DNA from: Bdellovibrionota bacterium | Lineage (GTDB): Bacteria; Bdellovibrionota; UBA1018; CAIPTA01; JAALKR01 | Length of the DNA stretch: 64,000 nt | Direction of reading: 5' to 3' | NCBI GenBank assembly: GCA_965207455.1 | Contig: CBDBMJ010000001.1 | Coordinates: 1,728,001 to 1,792,000, forward strand | Part shown: positions 11,801 to 21,059 of the stretch, piece after piece | How positions within the stretch are numbered: the stretch's first letter is position 1 | How the letters are laid out: every line of letters begins with the position of its first letter | The notes under the pieces: model-generated | Databases searched by the model: none | The model's input: the letters and a program-made list of their open reading frames with translations, nothing else | What the model was told of the DNA's origin: nothing | Translations under genes and position numbers: made by a program

Positions 11801-12203
11801 AAACAGAGCTTTTTCCATTCAGTGTTTGTTTGACATAGTAATAATGCGTTTTGTATCCTTCTGCCTCTAGCTCAGATGGAACGTCAAACCTTCCCTTCTC
11901 ATCCACAGAGACATTAACACCAGCACCAATGCAGGTCTCCTCCCCTTTATACAAAGTAACCTGCGCACCTGCCTTTACATTTTTAAGCTTTATCTTTGGT
12001 GTGGCATCAGTTCCTGGGTTGCCACTTAAATAGTCAAAGGTCAGCGTTTCTGGGGTAACCGGGGCGCTGGAACCTCCCCCTCTAACAGCACCACCTAAAA
12101 AAACCTTGAGTCTTAATTTAACAACATCGGGGTTTTGAGCGTTTGCGAACCCTGCTCCTTGGAGAAGCAGTACTAGACAGATTAAGTATTTTATTATTTT
12201 CAT
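8859..12203 (-). CDS. Large secreted protein with nine ~94-aa Ig-like repeats and a C-terminal matrixin-like domain with a degenerate zinc motif
   Basis: Signal peptide MKIIKYLICLVLLLQGAGFANA; nine PGTDxTPTLKVTNLE...C...C repeats; ADIIVN...YDLPSVILHALGHFLGLKN...SAM. Confidence 0.8.
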   Translation of the reverse strand: MKIIKYLICLVLLLQGAGFANAQNPDVVKLRLKVFLGGAVRGGGSSAPVTPETLTFDYLSGNPGTDATPKIKLKNVKAGAQVTLYKGEETCIGAGVNVSVDEKGRFDVPSELEAEGYKTHYYYVKQTLNGKSSVCSDLNAYERSLLVEPDLSVASENPSTSATPALKIANLEVGAAVALYKGSKDEPCSGTAYSMVLDENKKFEVPAELEASYGDNYYSAQQIVDGAIPPCSKTVEYIRGLLITPSLSLVDDSPGTDLRPTLKVTSLEPGATITLHKGPKDEPCSGTGSEVSVDEKGRFKVSSDLETSHGDNYYSVRQTLDEKVSPCSVVVEYVRNLIIPNISLVSGSPGADATPILKITNLEMGAMITLYKDAACSGTSFDVAIGEGGRFEVPTDLEAIYGDNQYSAKQMLSDGESPPCSEVVSYVRSLLVTPNLSLVGDEQGTDATPTLKITNLEIGTVIVLYKDAACSGTAFNVTIGERGKFNVPSDLETSLGDNYYSAQQIVDGETPPCSEAVRYVRDLLSTPGLSLLSESPGLARTPTLKVTNLETDATVTLYKNNSCSGVGSNVSLDEKGRVTVPSNLETSHGDNYYSVQQTVGEKVSSCSEAVEYVRSLLTTPNLILVSETPGTDLTPTLKVTNLETDATVTLYKSSSCSGAGSDISMDEKGRFDIPSDLETSYGDNSYSVKQTVNGQSSPCSTGVYYLRNFATLNLSLLSESPGTDTTPTLKVTNLETDATVTLYKSDSCSGTGSDVSVDEKGRFDVPSNLEASSGDNYYFVEQTVNGQSSPCSGAVLYTRNLMNTELSLISESPGTDDTPTLKVTNLETDATVTLYKNNSCSGAGFDVSVDEKGRFTVPDDLETSYGGNYYSVKQTVGEQILPCSNGVYYVHSSPSADKWQRWSDDALSGGINIKVSEFFSDGLSTLGGMMGAWNNSGSDINYTFFTVPSTTVDRLIYDNGDSYNEDSTMGIYSNKKGSLPLSSKVLARVYLKIRNKNVGTPYEHGEIYSADIIVNAKKNDFTYDSSNSDAYDLPSVILHALGHFLGLKNTGDDGPSSAMKEISDTNTVFRAITIYDKESIEKRYGGENNPPPSQQSRALEGSGKEETRTIYIYR

Positions 12204-12266
12204 TCCGACATTATGCATTAATTCTGCGAAATAGTCAAATGTTTTTTACAAAATTTTTAAATGAAA

Positions 12267-13157
12267 TCAAGAATCCTCCTCTTCCTCCTTTTCCCCAGCG
12301 TCGGCATCTGGAAACAGGGGTAGCCGCACGTTTGGTACTTCGGAGACGGGAAGCACCACGCTTCTTTTTCTATCCTTATACATAAGGGTGGGTAGGGTTT
12401 CTCCATTGAAGATGGCAATGAGTCCGTCCAGGTTGCCGGAAAATAGTTTCACCACCTCGTCAGCTCGAAGGGTGATCTTGCGACTTTTTCGCAATATAAT
12501 ATCTTTTATTTTATCGTCGTCGGTTTGGAAGCGTATCCAAACGTCCTCTTTGGCAATGAGGGTGAGGTTGTATTCCTTTTCTTCCGAGGTGTTGCTTTGC
12601 TCTTCCTGTGCTTCTGCCACAGCTTTGGCAACTTCTTCTGGTGTTTTTTCTGGTTCCGGTTCTGATGCTTTTTCAGGTTCTGGTGCTTCTTTTGGTGTCT
12701 CTTTCGAGGTCGGTGTTGTGAGCAGGGTGTTTTTCAACCTATCTTTGGTTTCTTTTAGCACTTTATCTCCAGTGTTGCCTGTGATGAAAAAGTAAACGCC
12801 GCTAATGCATAAAATGATCAGTAGTACGACCACTGCGGATAGAAACTTTTTTTTTTCCTTCACATGCTCCTCAATGCTTCCCGGCTGAGGGCTTTTAATG
12901 TAAATATTGGGATTGCAGGCGATATGTTGTTGGTAGCGAAGAAGTATATCCTTGTTGTCTATTTTTAAGTATTTTGCATACGCTTGGAGGTAGCCGCGCA
13001 CGAAGGGTTCCGGGGGTAGGAGTGCGTGGTTGTCTTCCTCTAGGGCGCGGAGGAGTTTTAAGCTAATGCGAGTGGAATAGGCTATTTGATCTAAAGATAT
13101 GTCCCGCTTTTTTCGTTCTTGGCAGAGGTATTGTCCCAGTGTTTCGATTTCGTCCAT
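12267..13157 (-). CDS. rodZ: RodZ-family protein (HTH, TM, DUF4115)
   Basis: LGQYLCQER...STRISLKLLRALEE...FVRGYLQAYAKYL; single TM; VWIRFQTDD C-terminal domain. Confidence 0.82.
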   Translation of the reverse strand: MDEIETLGQYLCQERKKRDISLDQIAYSTRISLKLLRALEEDNHALLPPEPFVRGYLQAYAKYLKIDNKDILLRYQQHIACNPNIYIKSPQPGSIEEHVKEKKKFLSAVVVLLIILCISGVYFFITGNTGDKVLKETKDRLKNTLLTTPTSKETPKEAPEPEKASEPEPEKTPEEVAKAVAEAQEEQSNTSEEKEYNLTLIAKEDVWIRFQTDDDKIKDIILRKSRKITLRADEVVKLFSGNLDGLIAIFNGETLPTLMYKDRKRSVVLPVSEVPNVRLPLFPDADAGEKEEEEDS

Positions 13158-13169
13158 ATCGCCACGCCC

Positions 13170-13937
13170 TTACAGTCTTTTTTCCAATGCCACTAAATCT
13201 TTTAGGGAACGTTCTGCCCAAACTGTTTGGGGAAACCGATCCATCACTTCCAGTAATTTCTTTTTTGCGTCCGTATACTCATGGGCGCGCATTAACATTT
13301 CACCGAAGAAATAGTGTGCTTCCGCATAGCCGTAGCAAAGTCCAGAGGAGGCTTTGCCTAGAGCTTCAAAGGCGCTTTCTTTTTTATATTGTTTCCAGCG
13401 AACTTTTCCCAGTCGTAGCCAACCTGAGCAGTGATGTTTATTTTCCTTAACGGATCGTTGTAACTCGTACTCGGCCTTGAGCCATCGTTTTTCTTTTATA
13501 AAGGTGAGGGCTAGGAAGAAGTATGTTTCATGTTGACGAGGATATTCCAGGTCTTTTAGTGATTGATAAAAAATTGCTCTTGCCTTAGCGAGTTTGTTCA
13601 TCTTGTAGTAGAGAAAACCCAAGTTGTTTTTCATGATGGTTAGTTTGGGGTCGATGGTGATGGATTTCTTTAGTGCGTCTTCGGCTTCAGCGTGGGCACC
13701 TTTTTTAAAATAGGCAATTCCCAGGTGTCCCCATGTGGTGGGGTTTCTGGGGGTGTGCTTGAGTCCTTTACGAAAGAAGCCTATTGCTTCGGAGAACCTG
13801 CCTCTGAGTAGGGCTTTTATTCCTGCTTCTTCGTGGATTTCGCCAAAGCGGGTGTTTTGTTCCTCTTCTTCCAATTGCGAAAAAGCGCAGGATGTCAAAA
13901 ACATCGCCGTTAACAATAAAGAAATTAATTTATACAT
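13170..13937 (-). CDS. TPR lipoprotein, PilF/PilW/Tgl-like type IV pilus assembly factor
   Basis: Lipobox LTSC, TPR repeats (NNLGFLY, AEAHY), position upstream of rodZ. Confidence 0.7.
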   Translation of the reverse strand: MYKLISLLLTAMFLTSCAFSQLEEEEQNTRFGEIHEEAGIKALLRGRFSEAIGFFRKGLKHTPRNPTTWGHLGIAYFKKGAHAEAEDALKKSITIDPKLTIMKNNLGFLYYKMNKLAKARAIFYQSLKDLEYPRQHETYFFLALTFIKEKRWLKAEYELQRSVKENKHHCSGWLRLGKVRWKQYKKESAFEALGKASSGLCYGYAEAHYFFGEMLMRAHEYTDAKKKLLEVMDRFPQTVWAERSLKDLVALEKRL

Positions 13938-14024
13938 GCTCTTTAATTCTAAATTTATGTAGTAAGGGGGTCAACTGAATTTATTTCTATCTCCGTTGTA
14001 TGATATCATTAGTGGAGGGTTTTT

Positions 14025-14624
14025 ATGAAAAAACAGTTCATGTTAGATATTGAGACCACTGGGGTAAACCATAAAACGGACGACGTGTTGCAAATTGCCC
14101 TTTTGGAGTTGAATTTCAATGGGGATTATTGGGAGCGGGGCAGGCACTTTAATTTCTTTCAGCACACTGATCGTCAGCCTGAGAGTCCTTTTGCTAAAAA
14201 ATGTATGCCGGGGTTGTTTGAGCGTTGTCGAAATACTGATCCTACTCCCGTGAATGAGGCACGTCAGCAGATTTTGGACTTCACAAAAGACTGTGGCGCT
14301 GCATCCCCTAATGTTTATATTTGTGGTTGGCATGTGGGTGTTTTCGATCTTTCTTTTTTGAGTCAGCACGGGTATTTGCGGGTGGCTCAGTACAATTCCG
14401 AGGGTGTGCTGGAGGGTGATTGTCATTATCGAACGTATGAGATTAGTGGCGCACTACAGTTGGTGGCCAATTTGGCAAAAGTGTCGGATTTAAATTCCCT
14501 TGTTCGACGATCCTTGGAGGGCAGTCAGCTTCCTGAGGGACAGCGGCACGATGCGCTCTATGATTGTGAGCGGCAATTATGCATTATGAACGGACTCTTG
14601 AAGATTGCTCGTGGGGACTTGTAG
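14025..14624 (+). CDS. DEDDh 3'-5' exonuclease
   Basis: LDIETTG, WHVGVFD, HDALYD; overlaps the convergent DAHP synthase gene by 48 nt. Confidence 0.85.
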   Translation: MKKQFMLDIETTGVNHKTDDVLQIALLELNFNGDYWERGRHFNFFQHTDRQPESPFAKKCMPGLFERCRNTDPTPVNEARQQILDFTKDCGAASPNVYICGWHVGVFDLSFLSQHGYLRVAQYNSEGVLEGDCHYRTYEISGALQLVANLAKVSDLNSLVRRSLEGSQLPEGQRHDALYDCERQLCIMNGLLKIARGDL

Positions 14625-15428
14625 CGACAAGGGGTGCAATTTCTCCAAAAGACCGTTTAGTTCTTTCGGTGTGAGTTGCTGATCAGCATCACTAAAAGCA
14701 TTCTCGGGGTCGACGTGACTTTCGATCATTAGCCCTTCCATTTTCAGATCCACGGCTTGTTTGGCGAGGTCTAGGAGGTAGCGCGTGTTGCCTGCGATGT
14801 GACTAGGGTCGCAAAGTATGGGAAGATTTGGGCAAAGGCGTTTTAGTTCGAGGGGGATATGCCAGCTTGGGGAGTAGCGGAGTTTCGTTTTTCCTTCTTT
14901 GGGAAGGTCGGTGGCAAAGCCCCGGTGTACGGCAGCTAGTTTTTGGATACCTGCTTGGTTCATTCTTTCCAGGGCTCCTATCCATAGTTCCAGGTCGACC
15001 ACGAGGGGATTTTTAATGAGTACGGGGATGTCCACTCCTTTGAGAGCGTCGGCAATTTCTTGTACGGAGAAGGGGTTGACGACGGTACGAGCCCCTATCC
15101 ACAAAACGTCTATTTCTTTTTTCAGGCAAGCGTGCACATGGGAAGCGTTGGCCACTTCCACAGCCACGGGTATTTTTGTTTCTTCCCTTGCGCGAACGAG
15201 CCAGTCCAGTGCTGCTTCTCCTCCTCCTGCAAAGCTATGGGGACGGCTTCTGGGTTTCCACACCCCGGCACGAAAGAGGGCTATTTTATTTGTTTGGGCC
15301 AGTGCTTTAGCGGTGTCCATAACTTGGCTTTGGGTTTCCGCACTACAAGGACCGGCAATAACTGGAAAGCTTGTGGGCGACTCCAACCAAGACGACAACG
15401 GAGCAATTTGAAGATTTAATTTTTCCAC
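14577..15428 (-). CDS. DAHP synthase, class I-beta/KDSA-like fold
   Basis: IAGPCSAE, FRAGVWKPRSRP, WIGART, IKNP, HRGF, DPSHIAG, GLMIESH..P..A.SD. Confidence 0.88.
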   Translation of the reverse strand: MEKLNLQIAPLSSWLESPTSFPVIAGPCSAETQSQVMDTAKALAQTNKIALFRAGVWKPRSRPHSFAGGGEAALDWLVRAREETKIPVAVEVANASHVHACLKKEIDVLWIGARTVVNPFSVQEIADALKGVDIPVLIKNPLVVDLELWIGALERMNQAGIQKLAAVHRGFATDLPKEGKTKLRYSPSWHIPLELKRLCPNLPILCDPSHIAGNTRYLLDLAKQAVDLKMEGLMIESHVDPENAFSDADQQLTPKELNGLLEKLHPLSLQVPTSNLQESVHNA

Positions 15429-15626
15429 AGACCCTGAGAGTACCGCCTTAGGTGTAAATATGACAATGGTTTTTCTTGAGGGTTTTGCTTACGCTAGGCA
15501 ATAATGCCTCCCAAAAGTAACAAAACTTGTTGAAATCATTGAATTTTCAAAATCATTGCCTATTTATTCAAGTGATGCTATCAGTATACCGATATGGTAT
15601 AATGTTATAAGGAAGAGGGTTGTTTT

Positions 15627-15833
15627 ATGAAGAGGGAAAGAGAGTTTAAGTACTTGTCCAAGGAGAAGAGAAAAGAATTAGAGCGGATGTTTAAATTCTT
15701 GGAAAGCTGTCCTCGCTATCCCCTCCCCACCAACTATGAAGGTCTCAAAGACTATTACGATCTCGACAAACATTTTGAACAATTCTCGCTACCACAGCAC
15801 AATGGTATGAAATTTAAGCTGACACCTAGTTAG
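15627..15833 (+). CDS. Small hypothetical protein preceding the protease relic
   Basis: ATG with purine-rich RBS; 10 nt upstream of the next ORF. Confidence 0.45.
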   Translation: MKREREFKYLSKEKRKELERMFKFLESCPRYPLPTNYEGLKDYYDLDKHFEQFSLPQHNGMKFKLTPS

Positions 15834-15843
15834 AAGTTGACTC

Positions 15844-16445
15844 GTGCCAAATTGGAACCAAGTTTTAAAAGAAATTCAAAGAGAACAACGAGATCCTTTT
15901 CACTCAATTCAGGCTGTAAAAGCAAAATATATTACAGCACTTTTTAAAAAACGAAAGCGAAATATAATTACCTATTATTCTGGATGGCTCCGTAAAGGTA
16001 ATGCACATGAAATGACTATTAACAACAACGATAAAAATTCCTTTATGAATGCTATTCATGGCATGGATCGCAAACTAGGACTGGATTTAATACTCCACAC
16101 ACCAGGTGGTGATATTGCAGCAACAGAGTCCTTAGTATATTATTTAAAAAAAATGTTCAGCAATAACATCGAAGTATTTGTCCCACAAATAGCTATGTCA
16201 GCTTCCATTATGGCAAGTGATTATCGGTAAATACAATCCCACTTTTATATTAACTTGTAAAAATGCAAGCGAATGGTCGAAAGAAATTGTAAAAGAATGG
16301 CTTTTAGAGGGGATGTGCCGTAACTGTAAGGATCCTAAAAGGGAATCTGAAAGGAACTTCTAAGTGTAACTGATCTGCTCAAAATTGTAGAAAACCATAA
16401 TGGCGTTGGACAGTACCTACGCTTATCTACTCAAAAACAGTAAGA
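15844..16445 (+). pseudogene. SDH/ClpP-fold serine protease with internal deletions (end approximate)
   Basis: RNIITYYSGWL, LDLILHTPGGDIAATESLV, VPQIAMSA, then out-of-frame blocks PLWQVIIGKYNPTF...WSKEIVKEWLLEGM and KIVENHNG. Confidence 0.75.
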
Positions 16446-16516
16446 AAATATTTATGTCGGCATTCTTCACAGCAGTATCCGCAGTTATTCGGAATTCCCG
16501 AATAACTGAATTTAGT

Positions 16517-17491
16517 TTACACGCGTTTTTGTTGGTATTTCACCATTCTATTTATGTATTCATTGATGGTATGGCTCGTGAAGCAACGTTCAAAGTAATT
16601 CCATACTGAGTCTTGGAAGAGGTTAATGGATTCTTGGGTTGTGAGTACTTTTTTTGTGCCGTCTGGAAATATTGTTAAGGGTTTGTTGGCGTATTTGTAG
16701 CGCCCTATGCCTGGGGTGGCTATTTTAAAGAGTTCTCCCAAGCGGATCACGTCTGGTTCGAAGGTACTGCCTTCGTAGATATGTTCGAGACCCCAGAGTA
16801 TTCTTTCCATTGGGGGTATTTCGTTGGGGGTTAGGGAGAGTAGTTGGGGTATAATATCTCCTATATTTACAAATCTATTGAGTTTTCTGTGTATTGTTTG
16901 GACCATTTCAGGTTCTGCGCAGGCGGGTGCTCCGAAGGTATAGCAGGCTTTAAATCCGGTGGCGCCTAATTTTATAGCTGCCACTGTGGCAAGTGCGCCG
17001 CCGGTGGAGTATCCCGTGATGTAGAGTAGTAGGCCTTTGGTTCTGGTTTCTTTGAGTAGGTGGAATATATTATTTTCGATAGCTTTGTAGGGGCGTAGGA
17101 AGGCTATGTGTATTTTGTCTTCAGGTTTCGTTGGGGTTTTGGCGAGGGCTTCCATACCAAGATCATCGAGGATATGGGAGCGATTTTTTTCTGTGCCACG
17201 AAAGCACAGCACTCGAAATCGTCCGTTGGTGCATAGGTAGGCATGGGCTTTGTTTTCTATGTTGTGGATGGGTTCTCCCACGAGGACGAGGCCAAGGGAT
17301 TTTAGTTTATTTTGAAACTTGTTTTTGTCTTCTTCTGAGGTGTAGGAGGTTTCGTAGGCTAGGGCAGAGAGTTTGGCTAATAGGGAGGGATTTGGTCGGG
17401 AGGTTTTCTTTAAATTATGTATATTCTGTTCGTAGGAACTTTCGGTAATTGGCGCATTCTGGTTGCTTGTTTTATCCATGATTTTCCCCAC
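16517..17491 (-). CDS. Class 3 lipase-family alpha/beta hydrolase
   Basis: FRGTE, YITGYSTGGALA (GxSxG), YTFGAP, GDIIP, SHTINEY. Confidence 0.85.
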   Translation of the reverse strand: MGKIMDKTSNQNAPITESSYEQNIHNLKKTSRPNPSLLAKLSALAYETSYTSEEDKNKFQNKLKSLGLVLVGEPIHNIENKAHAYLCTNGRFRVLCFRGTEKNRSHILDDLGMEALAKTPTKPEDKIHIAFLRPYKAIENNIFHLLKETRTKGLLLYITGYSTGGALATVAAIKLGATGFKACYTFGAPACAEPEMVQTIHRKLNRFVNIGDIIPQLLSLTPNEIPPMERILWGLEHIYEGSTFEPDVIRLGELFKIATPGIGRYKYANKPLTIFPDGTKKVLTTQESINLFQDSVWNYFERCFTSHTINEYINRMVKYQQKRV

Positions 17492-17658
17492 GGTCCCATC
17501 TTTCGCTTGAGTCCAAAATTCAAAATAATGGAACCCATAGTTCTATTATAACTATTTATTCTGGAGAAATATAGTGGGGTAAATCCTCTACCTGTTACCA
17601 GTTAGTTATGAGAAATTAATTTTGTAAAAAAACCACATTATGATACCGTAAGGGAACT

Positions 17659-17895
17659 ATTGAAGAAATCACGTCAGTAAAAGATCTGGGCTTTATTGTC
17701 CGTAGGGCACGAAGAGCGCGCAATTTGACTCAGGAAGAGTTAGCCAAAATGAGTCAAACAGGTCGACGATTTATTGTGGAGCTAGAGGGTGGTAAGACGA
17801 CGATGCAAATGGAAAAAGTACTAAAAGTTTGTAAGGTCGCAAATATTGCTCTTTTTGCCTTAACCTTTCGTAAGGACAAGACTCCTGCTCGCTGA
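17659..17895 (+). CDS. HipB/XRE-type HTH regulator (not in ORF track; ATT start or mutated start)
   Basis: IEEITSVKDLGFIVRRARRARNLTQEELAKMSQTGRRFIVELEGGKTTMQMEKVLKVC; AAGGGA precedes ATT; in-frame TGA at 17641. Confidence 0.75.
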   Translation: MEEITSVKDLGFIVRRARRARNLTQEELAKMSQTGRRFIVELEGGKTTMQMEKVLKVCKVANIALFALTFRKDKTPAR

Positions 17896-18015
17896 TCGTT
17901 CTTGCTGCCCTCAGCTTTTATTATGAGTCAATTCGGGCACTTACATTAGGCAAGATAACAATTGACAAAACCGCATCAATTTGTTATGCTGTGCATTAAC
18001 CAGGAGAACAAAAAG

Positions 18016-18507
18016 ATGAAAATAACGAAAATAATAATAATGATGTTGATAGTACACTCACCGGCTTTTGCACACCCGAACCATCCTCGTACGAAGATAG
18101 ACTTGGGCACTCTTACCTTTAAAGAGAAGGATCTCTGCGATGATACTGCACGAGTGTTAAAGGATTTCCATGGATCTAATTCGTTGGGGAGGGACGCTAA
18201 ATTTTTAATGGGCGAATGTAAGTCCACTGATAACGGCTATCGGTTAAGCGGTATCACACTGGACACTCAAGTTAAAGATTATGACCATATGAATCTTTCG
18301 GAAACAAAATTTAACTTTGATGAAACTCATTATTCCAGTCGTGAAAGGTGCGAAGAAGTGAGCCAATTCTTAGCTTCACTTTCTGATACTGTTAATAATG
18401 TGGTTGTCTTTAAGCCCGGTTCCTGTCAGGAAACCCGCAATCGACCGGATAAAGTATATTTTTCATCTACGTCTATAATTGTTAGGAATCAGGAACAAAA
18501 ACAGTAA
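18016..18507 (+). CDS. Secreted hypothetical protein
   Basis: AGGAG RBS; signal peptide MKITKIIIMMLIVHSPAFA; four Cys. Confidence 0.65.
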   Translation: MKITKIIIMMLIVHSPAFAHPNHPRTKIDLGTLTFKEKDLCDDTARVLKDFHGSNSLGRDAKFLMGECKSTDNGYRLSGITLDTQVKDYDHMNLSETKFNFDETHYSSRERCEEVSQFLASLSDTVNNVVVFKPGSCQETRNRPDKVYFSSTSIIVRNQEQKQ

Positions 18508-18521
18508 TTCTGACCTCAAAA

Positions 18522-18911
18522 TTACCACTTAAACCAGTTCCTAATATCCCTCTGCCACGCACAAAGCATGGGTGCTAGGAGGTAGTTATCCATATCCATT
18601 TCACCCCATGCTACGTCGACTACTCGGCAGAATAGGCGGCTGCCTAAGAGGCCGATACGAAATTTTGCATAATAGAAAGTTGCACCTGTGAAGTTTGCGT
18701 AGTGGAGTTTAGCGTTGTTTAGGGTTGCGTTAGTAAGATTTGCGCCGCGGAGGTCGGCGTGATTTAGTTGAGCGTTGTTTAGGTTTGCATCTTTTAGGTT
18801 AGCATTCATGAGGTCTGCGCCGTTCAAGTCGAGAGAGCTCAGGATAGCGCCGCAGAGTTTTGCGAAGGGGACGTGTTTGCCGCTTCTTACCAGGTTGAAG
18901 CTCGTGGCCGC
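18522..18911 (-). pseudogene. 5'-truncated pentapeptide-repeat gene, paralogue of 5118..6161
   Basis: SFNLVRSGKHVPFAKLCGAILSSLDLNGADLMNANL matches TRTIPPAKLCGAKLSGANL; no signal peptide; upstream in-frame TAA lies in the repeat at 18912. Confidence 0.75.
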
Positions 18912-19013
18912 TTACGCTAGGGAGAAGGTTTTCTTTTTTTTGCGACGGAATTCAGGAACACACCTGATTCATAACCTTACTGATTGGATTCCCAACGTTA
19001 GGCGAGAAAGCTC
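18908..19013. repeat. Island spacer repeat, copy 1
   Basis: GCTTACGCTAGGG...TTTTTGCGACGGAATTCAGGAACACACCTGATTCATAACCTTACTGATTGGATTCCCAACGTTAGGCGAGAAAGCT. Confidence 0.85.
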
Positions 19014-19041
19014 ACCCCTTTGAATAAAGGTATTCGATTTT

Positions 19042-20508
19042 TCAGAAAAGACCGACCTTCTTTAAGTTTTCCAATCCTTTTACTGCATCTTCATATCCCT
19101 GCTCTGCTGCTTTTTTATACCAAGAAATTGCTTTCTTATAATTTCCAGAAGTGCCCTCTCCGGTATAATGCATAACGCCTGCATTAAACTGAGCTCGTGC
19201 ATGTCCTTGATCTGCTGATTTCTCAAACCAATAAAGTGCTTTTTTATCGTCTTTTGAAGTACCCTTTCCAGCATGATACATGGTTGCCAAATTAGATTGA
19301 GCTTCTGCATGTCCTTGATCTGCTGATTTCTTGTACCAAGGGAGTGCTTTTTTAGCATTTTTAGAAACTCCCTTTCCCTCAATATACATCGTTCCTAAAT
19401 TATATTGAGAGTTTGCATTTCCTTGTTCTGCTGCTTTCTCATGCCAAGAGAAAGCTTTTTTAACATCTTTGGGAACACCATTTCCTGCATAGTACATAAC
19501 TCCCAAGCTGAACTGAGCCTGTGCATCTCTTTGTTTTGCTGCTTTCTCAAACCAATAAAACGCTTTTTTAGCATCTTGAGAAACGCCATATCCAGCATAA
19601 TACATGAGTCCCACATTAGTTTGGGCTTTCACATGTCCCTGTTTTGCTGCTTTCTCCTGCCAATAAAATGCTTTTTTATTATCTTCAGGACGCAATCTTC
19701 CAGCATAATAAGTAATTCCTGAATTGTATTGAGCTCCTGCATGTCCTTGTTCTGCTGCTTTCTTATACCAATAAAATGCTTTTTCAGTATCTTTAGGAAC
19801 TCCCCTTCCCTCGTCATATATAAATCCTAAATTAAACTGAGATCCCACATGTCCTTGTTCTGCTGCTTTTTTACACCAATAAAATGCTTTCTTATAATTT
19901 TCAGGAGTTCCATCCCCAAAATTATACATAACTTCTAAATTGTATTGAGCTTCTGTATGCCCTTGTTTTGCTGCTTTTTCAAACCAAGGAAGTGCTTTCT
20001 TATAATTTTTAGAAACTCCATCTCCTGTATAATACATAATTCCTAAATTGTATTGAGCCTGTGCATCTCCTTGTTTTGCTGCTTTCTTATACCAATGAAA
20101 TGCTTTTTTAGCATCTTGAGAAGTGCCCGCCCCCTCGTCATACATAATTCCCAGATTATGTTGGGATTTTGTATGCCCTTGTTCTGCCGCCTTCTTATAC
20201 CAATGAAGTGCTTTTTTATCGTCTTTAAAAGTTCCATCTCCGGTATGACACATAACTCCCAGATTAAATTGGGCTTCTGTATGTCCTTGTTCTGCTGCCT
20301 TCTCATACCAATACAGTGCTTTTCTACTATCTCGAGAAACCTCCAATCCGTCGCTGTAGATAAAACCCAAGCGATACTGCGCTTCAGCCTCTCCTTGTTC
20401 TGCTCTTCTTTCATAGCTACTTATGAATTCCATATAATTAGCATTGAATTTAATACCATGAATGAACTTAGCCAATGATGACAAAGAGGACTCAATTTTA
20501 TTCCTCAT
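19042..20508 (-). CDS. Sel1-like repeat protein (~12 repeats), no signal peptide
   Basis: Tandem 36-aa AQYNLG.MY..G.G...D.KKA..WY.KAAEQG units. Confidence 0.93.
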   Translation of the reverse strand: MRNKIESSLSSLAKFIHGIKFNANYMEFISSYERRAEQGEAEAQYRLGFIYSDGLEVSRDSRKALYWYEKAAEQGHTEAQFNLGVMCHTGDGTFKDDKKALHWYKKAAEQGHTKSQHNLGIMYDEGAGTSQDAKKAFHWYKKAAKQGDAQAQYNLGIMYYTGDGVSKNYKKALPWFEKAAKQGHTEAQYNLEVMYNFGDGTPENYKKAFYWCKKAAEQGHVGSQFNLGFIYDEGRGVPKDTEKAFYWYKKAAEQGHAGAQYNSGITYYAGRLRPEDNKKAFYWQEKAAKQGHVKAQTNVGLMYYAGYGVSQDAKKAFYWFEKAAKQRDAQAQFSLGVMYYAGNGVPKDVKKAFSWHEKAAEQGNANSQYNLGTMYIEGKGVSKNAKKALPWYKKSADQGHAEAQSNLATMYHAGKGTSKDDKKALYWFEKSADQGHARAQFNAGVMHYTGEGTSGNYKKAISWYKKAAEQGYEDAVKGLENLKKVGLF

Positions 20509-20806
20509 TTAAAGCTGCCTTCTTTATTTTTCTCAATGATATTAGTGCATCTTCATCTCCTTGTTTTGCCGCCTTCTCAAACCAAAAAAATGCCTTTTCT
20601 ATATCTTTGGGAACACCTTTTTCAGCATCTTTATGGACTCCTACTCCTTCTTGATAAATAACTCCCATGCGATATTGGGCATATTTCTCTCCTTGTTCCG
20701 CTTCTTCTTCATAGCTACTTACAGATCTTATGGGAGGGTCATTAACTTTAACGTGAGGAATAAAGCTAGATAACGACAACCAAGATGATTCAACTTCATT
20801 TTCCAT
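20498..20806 (-). CDS. Short Sel1-like repeat protein (internally deleted)
   Basis: One Sel1 unit with a fused junction GVHKDAEKGVPKDIEK; overlaps the next Sel1 gene by 11 nt. Confidence 0.7.
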   Translation of the reverse strand: MENEVESSWLSLSSFIPHVKVNDPPIRSVSSYEEEAEQGEKYAQYRMGVIYQEGVGVHKDAEKGVPKDIEKAFFWFEKAAKQGDEDALISLRKIKKAALNEE

Positions 20807-20975
20807 TTCAAACTACCTCCTTTAAAAATCAAACGCACTCATATAATTTAATATATCACTCATTAGTATTTCACAACCCTCTGTTCGCATTTTCATCCAT
20901 AATTGGCATGACTAAGCGATTCCATTGCATTATAACTACCAAGGGAATTTGACGGGCGCATTGCGCCGAGGTAAA

Positions 20976-21048
20976 CGTTTTCCTTTTTTTTGCGACGAAG
21001 TTCAGGAACACACCTGTGATTCATAACCTTAATTATTGGATTCCCAAT
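20976..21048. repeat. Island spacer repeat, copy 2
   Basis: TTTTTGCGACGAAGTTCAGGAACACACCTGTGATTCATAACCTTAATTATTGGATTCCCAAT. Confidence 0.85.
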
Positions 21049-21059
21049 CTCTCTCTATT

